A stretch of 64,000 bases of DNA from Actinomycetes bacterium (lineage in GTDB: Bacteria; Actinomycetota; Acidimicrobiia; Spongiisociales; UBA5794): positions 7,055-71,054 of the forward strand of contig JAMBLJ010000013.1 of NCBI GenBank assembly GCA_023336815.1, read 5' to 3'. A program made the position numbers and the translations under genes. The notes under the pieces are model-generated. The model was not told the origin of the DNA, ran no database searches, and worked only from the letters and a program-made list of their open reading frames with translations. Positions 47,201 to 56,827 of the stretch are shown here, in pieces (the stretch's first letter is position 1; the number at the start of each line of letters is the position of its first letter).

Positions 47201-48471
47201 CGGAACAGCGCATCAGTCAGCATCTTCTTCCTGACTCAGCATCGATTCTCGACGGTCGGCTTGTCATCGGCGGCTGTGATGTCGAAGAGCTGACACGGAC
47301 CTATGGCACACCGTTGTTCGTATACGACGAGGACCATATCCGCGCGAGGTGCAGAGAGGCTGTTGCGGCCTTCGATGGGAAGGTTGCATACGCATCGAAG
47401 GCGTTTCTTTGTACCGCAATGGCGAAACTCGTCCACGAAGAGGGCATGGCGATCGATGTGTCCACCGGTGGCGAGTTGTTCGTTGCGCTGCACGCAGGTG
47501 TTCCACCAGGGAGTTTGGTTCTTCATGGCAACAACAAGTCTGAATCTGAATTGACCAGGGCGCTCGAGGTGAATATTGGTCGGATCGTTGTGGACTCCTG
47601 GGACGAGATCCGCCGCATCGAGCAACTCGTCGAGAAGGGCCACGACGCACCACGGGTGCTGATACGGGTGAATCCTGGGATCGAAGCACATACCCACGAG
47701 TATCTCAAGACGGGCGTTGCTGATTCGAAGTTCGGGTTCCCGATGGCCGATGGGGTAGCTGCGGATGCCATCAGCTATGTACGCGAGTCGCCAAGTTTCG
47801 TGTTCCTGGGTGTCCACGCGCACATAGGAAGCCAGGTGTTCGATGCGAAGTCCTATGCGATGGCGATCGACGCACTCGCTCCTTTCGTTGTCGCATCCGG
47901 AGCGTCGGAGTTCTCGATCGGTGGCGGGCTCGGTGTTGCGTATGTCAGCGGCGAGTCATCGGTTTCTATTGCCGACTGGGCAGCCGTTGTTAAGACCAGC
48001 TGTCTCAGAAACGGTATCGACGCCATTGTTCATGCCGAACCGGGGAGATCCATCGTTGCTTCATCCGCTGTCACGGCCTACACGGTGGGAACGGTCAAGA
48101 CCATTCCAGGGGTTCGCACCTACGTCGCTGTTGACGGCGGAATGTCGGATAACCCCCGGCCGGTCCTCTATGGCAGTGGATATGAGGCTTTCCGAGCAAC
48201 CGACGCAGACGCCGAACGTTCTCTGACAGTCCACATCGTGGGGAAACACTGTGAGTCTGGTGACATCATCATCAGGGATGCGGCGGTTCCCGCGGACCTG
48301 GCCGTGGGGGACATACTGTGCACCCCTGTAACAGGAGCATATGGACACGCGATGGGTTCTAACTACAACAAAGTCCTGCGCCCGGCAGTGGTGTTCGTTG
48401 CACGGGGCAAGGCACGGCTCGTGATCGAGCGCGAGTCCTACAGCGCTCTGATCTCACGTGATGTTGGCTGA
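47197..48471 (+). CDS. lysA: Diaminopimelate decarboxylase
   Basis: PLP-dependent fold III decarboxylase motifs. ATGA overlap with argS. Confidence 0.9.
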   Translation: MTEQRISQHLLPDSASILDGRLVIGGCDVEELTRTYGTPLFVYDEDHIRARCREAVAAFDGKVAYASKAFLCTAMAKLVHEEGMAIDVSTGGELFVALHAGVPPGSLVLHGNNKSESELTRALEVNIGRIVVDSWDEIRRIEQLVEKGHDAPRVLIRVNPGIEAHTHEYLKTGVADSKFGFPMADGVAADAISYVRESPSFVFLGVHAHIGSQVFDAKSYAMAIDALAPFVVASGASEFSIGGGLGVAYVSGESSVSIADWAAVVKTSCLRNGIDAIVHAEPGRSIVASSAVTAYTVGTVKTIPGVRTYVAVDGGMSDNPRPVLYGSGYEAFRATDADAERSLTVHIVGKHCESGDIIIRDAAVPADLAVGDILCTPVTGAYGHAMGSNYNKVLRPAVVFVARGKARLVIERESYSALISRDVG

Positions 48472-49937
48472 TAGTGCCAAAGAGGCATGGCTGGTGCTGT
48501 TGCCTGGCTCATGATGTACGCCACCGTTGGCGCATCCAGGGCACCGGTCGCCAGATACGCGAGTCCCGGATCGACCACGTCTTCGATCGTGTTGCTGATG
48601 AGCCATCCTCGTGCGGTGTTCCACCACAGCACATCACGGTTGGCATCAGCACCCGGTCGTGTCCTGGCAGGCGACCCAACGTCTGACGGGGCTCGTCGAG
48701 CCGTGCTGATCTGGACGATCTTGTGCTCGAGCCCGTAGCGGGCGAGCTGATCCTGCAGCTCTGACAGGATGACATCGGTCCTTCCAACAACGAGGGTTGT
48801 GAAACGATCCTCTGCTAGACGCTTGAACACCATCGATCGGGGTTCGTCAGGGGAAATCTCATCCCCATCTGCATCTGTAGGTGCACTGCTATCGCCTGGG
48901 ATGGTCACCTGAGCATCGGGTATGGCTTCGTCGGGAACCGATGCATCGGCAACCGCCAGCCCGGGGAGGGACGCCACAGCGACAAGATCGGCATACGGCT
49001 CGACAACCTGGACCATCCGTTGGGCCCGTTCGTCTCCGATCACGATGATCCGTTGTGGTGACATCTCGATCAGCGCCTGAAGGGCGGGCGCCGGGTCTGT
49101 CTCGTCGTATGGGATCAGCGGTATGTCAATGAGAACCGGTCCAGCGTCTCCGGTGGTTAGCTCAGCGATGTCGCTGGTCGCTACAACAAGCACTGTGCTG
49201 TGAACCGATGAGACGAGTTGTGTGGTCAGATCCAGCACGGAGCTTGGATCGACCCAGCGGTGGTCGAGTCGTTGGGCCGCCTCGAGAGAGACCCAGGGAT
49301 CGACAGGGATGTCGTCGGGATTCCGGATCTCGAAATGGAGATTGGGGACCGTGTGTTCTGCATTGCCACTGTCGCCGCTCCACCCGATCAGTGTTCCGGC
49401 GCTGATACGGGCACCGACGGTTATGTTCGGTGCGAAACATGCCGATTCACCGTCGTCGGTGCCAGGAGTATCGGTGTTGAGATGGATGTAGCGTGTCGTC
49501 CATTCATCATCGGCCCGTATCTCCACGGAGCAACCAGAGAGTTCACCCCCGGTGCGTGTGGAGATGATCGTTCCGTCGTGTGCGGCGACGATCGGAACAC
49601 CTTTCCAGCCATGCATGAGTAGGTCGATACCTTTGTGGGATCGTGCGCACCCATCCCTGCACGCACCGAACCCGGCAGAGTATGTTGAGGAGCCGACCAC
49701 GGGGTAGACGATCTCCCTGAAGATCTGCTCAGGGTCGGTCGGATCGAACACATCTTCGCCGTCAGGATTCGTTCCATCGGGATCAGCAGTTGTGTCCGTC
49801 TGGGGTGGTGATATGTCGGTCTCCGCTGCGCTTGGGGAGGCGGCGGACACAGCGATGATCGCCCCAACGAACAGTGCAAGCACAACGAGGAACCAGCGAG
49901 TTTTCACTCCCAGACCATAGGCCGGTTCGCGGTACAT
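48438..49937 (-). CDS. Secreted M23 peptidase-domain protein with a large C-terminal domain of unknown function (copy 1)
   Basis: Signal peptide. M23 motifs SHKGIDL ... HDG ... HLN ... HFE. The C-terminal roughly 300 aa are unassigned. Confidence 0.75.
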   Translation of the reverse strand: MYREPAYGLGVKTRWFLVVLALFVGAIIAVSAASPSAAETDISPPQTDTTADPDGTNPDGEDVFDPTDPEQIFREIVYPVVGSSTYSAGFGACRDGCARSHKGIDLLMHGWKGVPIVAAHDGTIISTRTGGELSGCSVEIRADDEWTTRYIHLNTDTPGTDDGESACFAPNITVGARISAGTLIGWSGDSGNAEHTVPNLHFEIRNPDDIPVDPWVSLEAAQRLDHRWVDPSSVLDLTTQLVSSVHSTVLVVATSDIAELTTGDAGPVLIDIPLIPYDETDPAPALQALIEMSPQRIIVIGDERAQRMVQVVEPYADLVAVASLPGLAVADASVPDEAIPDAQVTIPGDSSAPTDADGDEISPDEPRSMVFKRLAEDRFTTLVVGRTDVILSELQDQLARYGLEHKIVQISTARRAPSDVGSPARTRPGADANRDVLWWNTARGWLISNTIEDVVDPGLAYLATGALDAPTVAYIMSQATAPAMPLWHYQPTSREIRAL

Positions 49938-49958
49938 ATGGTGATTCGTCGTCGCTGT

Positions 49959-51497
49959 CTAGCTGGATCTCCAAACCGGCATCGGTGGGTATCGCTTCAA
50001 GCTCTCGAGAAACGTGAGCGTCCAAGGCGTTGCCATACGTTCCGTCAGATACGCGATACCGGAGTCGGGAATGTCGTCGAGCAATGCCGTACCGATCCAA
50101 CCGTCGGCTGTGTTCCACCACAACAGTGATCTGTCCGCGTTTCTGGATGGGCGATTCCGGATCCTGACACCGAGGTTGTAGCTCCCGCGTGCGCTCGATG
50201 TGAGGACAACCGAGCGGTGTGTGTCTATGTAGCTCTCATACGTGGTCCGGTACGATCTGGGAAGACGATCAACTGCTCCTGAGATGACCGTTGTGAACCG
50301 ACCCGTCTGCTGATCGCCGAATACGATCGATAGATCTTCGTCGGGCATGAGCGACATCGCATCCTCCGAGATCCGTGGGAACCCACTGGTCTCAGCGACA
50401 AGCACGTAGGGTCCCACGAGCTCCTCTATCCACCGATCTCTGCCTTCGGTCATAACGACGACTCGCTGGATTCCGAGTCGTTGCAGGTCGAGAATCGTCG
50501 GCGTGGGATCGGATCGATCGATGGCCAGAACTGGTGCGTTGTACGTCGAACTCGTGGCGTCGCGTCCGATCAGACGTCCGGCCTCTCTGGCATCGACGAT
50601 GATCGCCATCGTCGAATCTTGGGGCTGACTCGCACCACTGAGAATCGTGAGGGTCCCAGCCATGTCTTGTGGGAGCCATTCATACTCGATGTTGCGTGCG
50701 GCTCTTAAGGATTTGTAGGGGTCGACTGGATAACCACCGGGTGTTCGTAGTTCGAAGTGGATATTCGGCTGGCCATCCTCAGCGTTTCCGCTGTCTCCGA
50801 CCCATCCAATGATCTGACCGGCTGTCACTTTCGACCCGACCTCGATGCCAGGTGCCGGACACGGGTAGCCGGTTCCATCTGTCCCCGGTGTGTCGTTGTT
50901 CAGGTGGATGTACCTCGTCTGCCAACGGTCTCTGCCGCGGATGCGTATGGAACATCCTGCCTTACCGACGTCATACGTGACCTTGGTGACGGTGCCGTCC
51001 TGTGCCGCAACGACGGGGAGCCCTTTCCAGCCGTACGTGAGAATGTCCACGCCGAAGTGTTCTCGTTGACAGTTGTCTCTGCAGTCGCCAAAGCCACCCC
51101 AGAACCTTGTCTTGCCGACGATGGGGAACACGATGTCACGCTTGGCATCGATTCGTTTCACCGGTGTGAAGAAGATCTTCTTCTTTGGTGGTGGGGGAGG
51201 TGTGGGCTCCACCGTCTCTGGTTCCGTCTGGTCCGGAGCCGGATTTGGAGGGAGATCTGTTGTCCCATCGTCAGCGGCTGGTGGTGTCTCTTGCTCGCCA
51301 TCGTCGGGGACTGTTGTTGAGGTTGTCGTCGTTGACGGTGGGGGCGATGTGATGGTCGTCGTGGTCGTCGCGGGAGATGGGGGCGGCTCCGACGCGTCTT
51401 CAGCGTTCGCCACGACAGGCACGAGCGCGACCACGAGTGCAGCGAGTAGCGCGGCGACCCCCGCGCGGGTGATTCCGGTCCTCAGGCCCATCCACAT
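49959..51497 (-). CDS. Secreted M23 peptidase-domain protein with a Thr/Pro-rich N-terminal region and a large C-terminal domain (copy 2, tandem paralog)
   Basis: Same architecture as the neighbouring copy. Shares the C-terminal LWWNTA-GW ... AYL motifs. Confidence 0.75.
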   Translation of the reverse strand: MWMGLRTGITRAGVAALLAALVVALVPVVANAEDASEPPPSPATTTTTITSPPPSTTTTSTTVPDDGEQETPPAADDGTTDLPPNPAPDQTEPETVEPTPPPPPKKKIFFTPVKRIDAKRDIVFPIVGKTRFWGGFGDCRDNCQREHFGVDILTYGWKGLPVVAAQDGTVTKVTYDVGKAGCSIRIRGRDRWQTRYIHLNNDTPGTDGTGYPCPAPGIEVGSKVTAGQIIGWVGDSGNAEDGQPNIHFELRTPGGYPVDPYKSLRAARNIEYEWLPQDMAGTLTILSGASQPQDSTMAIIVDAREAGRLIGRDATSSTYNAPVLAIDRSDPTPTILDLQRLGIQRVVVMTEGRDRWIEELVGPYVLVAETSGFPRISEDAMSLMPDEDLSIVFGDQQTGRFTTVISGAVDRLPRSYRTTYESYIDTHRSVVLTSSARGSYNLGVRIRNRPSRNADRSLLWWNTADGWIGTALLDDIPDSGIAYLTERMATPWTLTFLESLKRYPPMPVWRSS

Positions 51498-51580
51498 GTG
51501 TCGGCAGGTGTGGGCCGTGTCTGTAGCAGGATGTCGGTAGCGGATAGGTGTAGTGCTGGCTCCGCTATCGTCGCAGGCTC

Positions 51581-52870
51581 ATGGAACAATCAATCGGTAT
51601 CGGTCTGCTTGGTGCTGGGACTGTCGGAAGCGCTCTCATCGCGCGGCTCGTCGGAGAGTCCGAAGCGATCGCTGCCAAGACCGGGCTTACCTTTGATGTT
51701 CGCAAGATCGGTGTGAACCGTCTTGAGCGCGAGCGCGATTTCGCTATCACCGAAGGCTTGCTCACCGACGATCCGTTTGAGGTCGTCAACGATCCCACTG
51801 TGGACCTCGTCGTGGAGGTGATGGGTGGAAAGGAACCAGCGGGGGATCTGATCCTTGCCGCCCTCCAGGCTGGCAAACCAGTCATATCAGCCAATAAGGA
51901 ACTTATCGCTTCGCGTGGACCAGAACTGATTGCCGCAGCGGAGCGCGCTGGCGTACCGTTCCTGTTCGAGGCCGCTGTCGGTGGCGGGATTCCCATCATC
52001 CGACCATTGTCAGAGACCCTCGCGGGTGAACGCCTCGATCGTGTTCTCGGGATTGTCAACGGGACAACGAACTACATACTCACCGAGATGGCATCAGAGG
52101 GCTCGACATACGAAGCCGCCCTCGAACAGGCCACAGCTCTCGGATACGCCGAGACTGACCCCACCGCGGATATCTCAGGCGCCGACGCCGCTGCGAAGGC
52201 GGCGATCCTCGCTTCGCTTGCATTCGGAACGTGGGTGGGCGTCGACGATGTGTACGTCGAGGGGATCGAAGCGATCACGTCGGTCGATATGACATTCGCT
52301 GCGGAGTTCGGTTTCGTGATCAAGCTGATCGCAGTCTGCGAGCGGTCGGAATCGGGAGTGAGCGCGAGAGTGCACCCTGCAATGATCCCCCTCGACCATC
52401 CACTTGCATCGATACGGGGCGCAACGAATGCTGTGTACCTCGAAGGTCCGACGATCGAGTCCTTGTTGTTCTCAGGGCCGGGAGCCGGGGGAGGGCCGAC
52501 CGCTACTGCCGTGCTCGGTGATGTGATCGACGCTGCCAGAGAGACGCTTGCCGGCGCCCAGGTTGCACCGAGGATTCGCTTTTCTCCCACCGAACTCGTG
52601 CCCTTCACGGACGTCGCGACCAGATGGTACGTTCGGCTTCAGGTCGATGATCAGCCGGGTGTCTTGGCACAGATCGCATCAGGATTCGGTGATGCCGGGG
52701 TTTCGATTCGATCCGTATGGCAAGAGGGCGTGGACGATGAGGCTGCCCTGATCGTGGTCACTCACTCCGCTGCGGAATCCGCCCAGCGTTCGGCGCTTGC
52801 GTCGTTGAGGGCGATCGATGAGGTGATCGAGGTTGCTTCGGTCATTCGGGTCCTGGAGCACGAGTCGTGA
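51581..52870 (+). CDS. hom: Homoserine dehydrogenase
   Basis: NAD-binding LLGAGTVG. C-terminal ACT domain. Confidence 0.9.
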   Translation: MEQSIGIGLLGAGTVGSALIARLVGESEAIAAKTGLTFDVRKIGVNRLERERDFAITEGLLTDDPFEVVNDPTVDLVVEVMGGKEPAGDLILAALQAGKPVISANKELIASRGPELIAAAERAGVPFLFEAAVGGGIPIIRPLSETLAGERLDRVLGIVNGTTNYILTEMASEGSTYEAALEQATALGYAETDPTADISGADAAAKAAILASLAFGTWVGVDDVYVEGIEAITSVDMTFAAEFGFVIKLIAVCERSESGVSARVHPAMIPLDHPLASIRGATNAVYLEGPTIESLLFSGPGAGGGPTATAVLGDVIDAARETLAGAQVAPRIRFSPTELVPFTDVATRWYVRLQVDDQPGVLAQIASGFGDAGVSIRSVWQEGVDDEAALIVVTHSAAESAQRSALASLRAIDEVIEVASVIRVLEHES

Positions 52871-53907
52871 GATGGCGTGGTGTCATCGAGGAACATAGAA
52901 AGCATCTTCCCGTGACGGACGCAACCCCTGTCATCACGCTCCTCGAAGGAGGAACACCGCTCATACCGGCACCAGCCGTCGGCACCATCGTCGAGAGAGA
53001 CGTCTTCCTGAAATTCGAGGGAGTCAATCCCACGGGTTCGTTCAAGGATCGGGGGATGACGCTTGCTGTTTCCAAGGCTGTCGAGGAGGGCGCACGGGCT
53101 GTGGTGTGTGCCTCGACAGGGAATACCTCTGCATCTGCTGCTGCGTACGCAGCTCGAGCGGGGATCGGTTGTATCGTTGTTCTGCCAGCTGGCAAGATCG
53201 CCGTTGGCAAGCTCGCACAAGCCGTTGCACACGGCGCGTTGATCGTACCCATAGATGGAAACTTCGATGACGCACTCGAGATCGTACGGGCCCTTGCCGA
53301 GCGATACGATGTTGCGCTCGTGAACTCGGTGAGCCCCTATCGCATCGAGGCCCAAAAAACGGCCGCTTTCGAGATCGTGGACGATCTGGGATTCGCCCCT
53401 GCTGTCCATGCGCTCCCCGTTGGGAACGCTGGAAACATCACGGCGTATTGGAAGGGTTATACCGAGATCGAAGCGACACCACAGATGTGGGGGTTTCAAG
53501 CGATCGGTGCAGCACCTATCGTCTTTGGTGAGATCTTCGATGACCCCGAGACGATCGCCACCGCCATCCGCATCGGGAACCCCGCGTCATGGCAGGGTGC
53601 GACTACCGCACGCGACGAGTCTGGTGGGCGTATCGAGGCTGTTACCGACGAAGAGATACTCGACGCGTACCGGTTGTTGTCGAACAAGGTCGGTGTCTTC
53701 TGCGAACCCGCCTCTGCTGCTGGTGTTGCGGGAATTATCAAGTTCGCACAAGATCTTCCTGAAGGAACCGTTGTGTGCACGGTGACAGGCCACGGTCTCA
53801 AGGATCCCGATACCGCGACGGCAACCGCTGCGTTCCCGTCGGTTGTCGCCGCGACCATCGAAGCAGTGGTCGACTCCCTGGGATGGCAGATCACAGACAG
53901 CAGATGA
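52867..53907 (+). CDS. thrC: Threonine synthase
   Basis: PLP lysine motif FKDRGMT. N-terminus like actinobacterial ThrC. Confidence 0.9.
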   Translation: MRWRGVIEEHRKHLPVTDATPVITLLEGGTPLIPAPAVGTIVERDVFLKFEGVNPTGSFKDRGMTLAVSKAVEEGARAVVCASTGNTSASAAAYAARAGIGCIVVLPAGKIAVGKLAQAVAHGALIVPIDGNFDDALEIVRALAERYDVALVNSVSPYRIEAQKTAAFEIVDDLGFAPAVHALPVGNAGNITAYWKGYTEIEATPQMWGFQAIGAAPIVFGEIFDDPETIATAIRIGNPASWQGATTARDESGGRIEAVTDEEILDAYRLLSNKVGVFCEPASAAGVAGIIKFAQDLPEGTVVCTVTGHGLKDPDTATATAAFPSVVAATIEAVVDSLGWQITDSR

Positions 53908-53921
53908 CAGGCAGCAGATGA
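53887..53921. repeat. CAGA heptamer array (CAGATCA CAGACAG CAGATGA CAGGCAG CAGATGA) spanning the thrC stop codon; contains the 19-mer CACAGACAGCAGATGACAG
   Basis: Read in the sequence. The last 7 thrC codons are encoded by the repeat. Confidence 0.45.
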
Positions 53922-53928
53922 CGGCGTG

Positions 53929-54297
53929 TTATTCGGAGTCGACCCAACCCGAGAGCCGTCCGTAGTGTCCGTCCGGATCTTGGAAATGAGCTGCCACCAT
54001 GTCTCGTCCGTCTCTGGACATGATCGGCGCTCCGAGCGGTGACTCAAAGGGCACACCTCGGTCTGCCATTGCGGTGTAGTCGCTTCGCACGTCCCTTGAC
54101 CAGATCACCATCTCAGACCATGAGTCGTCTTCGATAGGACGATCCACAGAAACAATCGTGAGAGTCACGTCGTTGTCAGCCTTCAAGAACGAGTAGCCGG
54201 GCATAGTACTCGTTAACTCGAGACCCACCCGGGTGCCCCAGAACTCGGTGAGGCGGTCTACGTCCTGTGTGCGAAGGATGATTCCAGCGATGTCCAT
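53929..54297 (-). CDS. VOC / glyoxalase-bleomycin resistance family protein
   Basis: Tandem beta-alpha-beta-beta-beta module signatures. Start set at MDIAGIILRT. Confidence 0.6.
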   Translation of the reverse strand: MDIAGIILRTQDVDRLTEFWGTRVGLELTSTMPGYSFLKADNDVTLTIVSVDRPIEDDSWSEMVIWSRDVRSDYTAMADRGVPFESPLGAPIMSRDGRDMVAAHFQDPDGHYGRLSGWVDSE

Positions 54298-54341
54298 GAT
54301 CCCGACCCTAGCGGGAGGAGGATCTCGCCGCGCATAAGCCG

Positions 54342-55286
54342 CTATATGCGGTGTAGTGCCGAACTGATCCGTCGGACGTGGTTGAAGTCCGTCCCACAGC
54401 ATCCCCCGAAAACGTTCATGTGTGGGAACGCTGACTTGAGGCTGGCGTACTCGTCTGCGAGTTCGTCAGGGTTCCCTTCGTCGAGATGTCCGAGCGTGTT
54501 CAAGAAGCTGTGTTCCTGTTTCGAGGCGTTCGCTCGGATTCCGTGAACACGGTTGACCCAGTCTCCTTCCGTGAGAGCTGGTTCAATATCTATCGGGTGG
54601 CTGCAGTTGACCATGAAATACGCTGCTCCAGTGTCGGTTGCCTGGTCGACCGTCTCGATTGCAGCCTGCAATGTTTCACCGTTCCCCAGGCGGTGGTCCT
54701 TCTCGAGCATGAATGAGATCGCAGAGGGAAGCCCTGCGGTCTTCGCTGCCCGCACAATGCCTATCGCCTCCTCGCTCGAACTCAGTGAAAGAGCGGTCAC
54801 GACGTCAACGTCACCCGCCTTGAAGGTGTCAATCTGTACCTGGTGATACTCCTCGGCGCCGTCAGCAGTGAGCACGTCGTTGCGCTCGTAGGCATCTCCC
54901 TTCGGTCCGATACAACCACTGATAATCACGTCGCTATCGGCCAGACCGGATTCCCTGGCAACTTCACGGTATAGCTCCAGGGCCATGAGGTTCATTTCGG
55001 CCAGCGCACCAGGTGAGTAGCCCAGCAAGTCACCCCAGTCGGTGCTTGCCCGATAGGTCAAACTGTCGAAGATGAACGCCGTGCCATGTTCAACTGCGAT
55101 GTTGGCGAAGGCCCGGTAGTACGCACTGACCTCCTCCGTCGCCTCCGCGTTGCCCAACAGATGGAACGAACTGAAGTACGGCAAATCAAGCCCACGCTTG
55201 TGGATGAGGAAGGTCTCAGTCCCGCCGTCCGTCAGAAATATGCGGCTCGTTTCGTGCGGCAGAACGGATCGCTGAGAACTCATCAA
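54342..55286 (-). CDS. Homocysteine S-methyltransferase family protein (MmuM-like)
   Basis: Zn-binding GGCCGT motif near the C-terminus. Pfam S-methyl_trans-like. Confidence 0.8.
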   Translation of the reverse strand: MMSSQRSVLPHETSRIFLTDGGTETFLIHKRGLDLPYFSSFHLLGNAEATEEVSAYYRAFANIAVEHGTAFIFDSLTYRASTDWGDLLGYSPGALAEMNLMALELYREVARESGLADSDVIISGCIGPKGDAYERNDVLTADGAEEYHQVQIDTFKAGDVDVVTALSLSSSEEAIGIVRAAKTAGLPSAISFMLEKDHRLGNGETLQAAIETVDQATDTGAAYFMVNCSHPIDIEPALTEGDWVNRVHGIRANASKQEHSFLNTLGHLDEGNPDELADEYASLKSAFPHMNVFGGCCGTDFNHVRRISSALHRI

Positions 55287-55397
55287 ATTACCTCCAGGTG
55301 TAACCCATCTGCTCGCAACATGCGGACGGGCAGCGAACCATACCCGGATAGGTCAGTCCCGGTCGCAGGGGGATGACCCGATGACGACCAGGCGAAC

Positions 55398-55467
55398 ACA
55401 GACAGCAGATGACAGAGCACAAACGTCTGGCATCTGACTTCTGAACTCTGAATTCTGGTTTCTGTCA
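55398..55467. repeat. Inverted heptamer arrays: (CAGANNN)x3 followed by (TCTGNNN)x6, in the divergent HMT/rmuC intergenic region; contains the 19-mer CACAGACAGCAGATGACAG
   Basis: Read in the sequence. Confidence 0.5.
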
Positions 55468-55513
55468 CACGAGCGCCCTACGCTTTGGGATGTGACACAA
55501 AGGGATACAGATC

Positions 55514-56668
55514 GTGATTGAATTTCTTCTTGCAGCGCTCGTTGGTGCTGTTGGGGTGCTTGGGTTTCTCGTTGTGCGGGCCACACGCACCAGAGATACT
55601 GACGAGGGCGTTGTCTCCGAGATGCACGAGCGCATGATCGAGCTGGCGCGGGCTCAGCAGACCCTCGTCGGCAAGGTGGACGCTGTTGGTCAGCAACAGG
55701 TCATCACGACGAAAACCCTGACGGACACGCTGAGCAATTCTCAGAAGCAACTCAGTGTCGCAATGAACGAGCGGCTCGAGACGGTTCAAGAGCGGATGGG
55801 ATCGAATCTGTCCGAATCAGCCAAATCGACGGCGAAATCACTCGGCGAGCTTTCCCAGCGACTCGAGACCATCGACAAGGCTCAGAAGAACATCACCGAT
55901 CTCTCGGAGCAAGTCGTGAGTCTTCAGCACGTGCTCGACGACAAACATGCGAGGGGGGCATTTGGCGAGGTGCAGCTGATCGACCTGGTCAAAGACGTCC
56001 TGCCTCCTTCGGCCTACGGATTTCAGGTTGTGTTGAGCAACTCGAGGCGGGCGGATTGTGTGATCACATTGCCGAACCCTCCTGGACCCATCGTCATCGA
56101 TGCGAAGTTCCCTCTCACGGCTTACTCGGCGATGATGAACGCTAAGGATGACACCCAGCGTGCGCGGCACAGCAAACAATTGGGAGCCGACACGAAGAAG
56201 CACATCAGGGATATCGCTGATCGATACATCCTCGTAGGGGAGACATCCGACTCTGCCCTCATGTTCATCCCGTCCGAAGCTGTGTATGCCGAACTTCACG
56301 CACACCATCCCGATGTGGTCGAGTTGAGTCATCGGCTCAAGGTGTTCCTTGTCAGTCCGACGACGATGATGGCGACGCTCACGACCGTGCGGGCAGTGCT
56401 GCGCGATGTGCGGATGCGCGAACAGGCGGGTCTCATCCAGATAGAGGTGTCGACGATGCTCAAGGATGTAGAACGGATGATGGATCGCGTTCGCAAACTC
56501 GAATCGCACTTCGATCTGGCCGATCGCGACATCAAGGACATCCGCATCAGTGCGAACAAGATCTCGACACGGGGGACCAAGATCGAGGAGCTCGAACTCA
56601 GCGAGTCCGAAGATCAGCCAGCCGCGTTGACAGACCCAGACACGCTCCCATTTCACGAAAGCCGATGA
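55514..56668 (+). CDS. rmuC: DNA recombination protein RmuC
   Basis: N-terminal TM segment, long coiled coil and a C-terminal RmuC nuclease-like domain. Confidence 0.85.
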   Translation: MIEFLLAALVGAVGVLGFLVVRATRTRDTDEGVVSEMHERMIELARAQQTLVGKVDAVGQQQVITTKTLTDTLSNSQKQLSVAMNERLETVQERMGSNLSESAKSTAKSLGELSQRLETIDKAQKNITDLSEQVVSLQHVLDDKHARGAFGEVQLIDLVKDVLPPSAYGFQVVLSNSRRADCVITLPNPPGPIVIDAKFPLTAYSAMMNAKDDTQRARHSKQLGADTKKHIRDIADRYILVGETSDSALMFIPSEAVYAELHAHHPDVVELSHRLKVFLVSPTTMMATLTTVRAVLRDVRMREQAGLIQIEVSTMLKDVERMMDRVRKLESHFDLADRDIKDIRISANKISTRGTKIEELELSESEDQPAALTDPDTLPFHESR

Positions 56669-56827
56669 TTACCGGGTGGTGCGCTCTATACTCCCCGTAT
56701 TCCCACCAGCAGCCGTCCGGTTTCGCCGGTGGGACTCCGAAGTGTTCGAACACCATCGCGTGTGAACACCCCCGTTCCCGGCCGTAGAGCCAACGAACCC
56801 GACCATCTCGAAAGGGGACCAGACGAG

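Noticed and set aside
56729-56827. 33-codon upstream extension of rho
   Set aside because: ATG at 56828 ([11 protein letters not shown]) matches the Rho N-terminus. The extension overlaps the rmuC terminator region.
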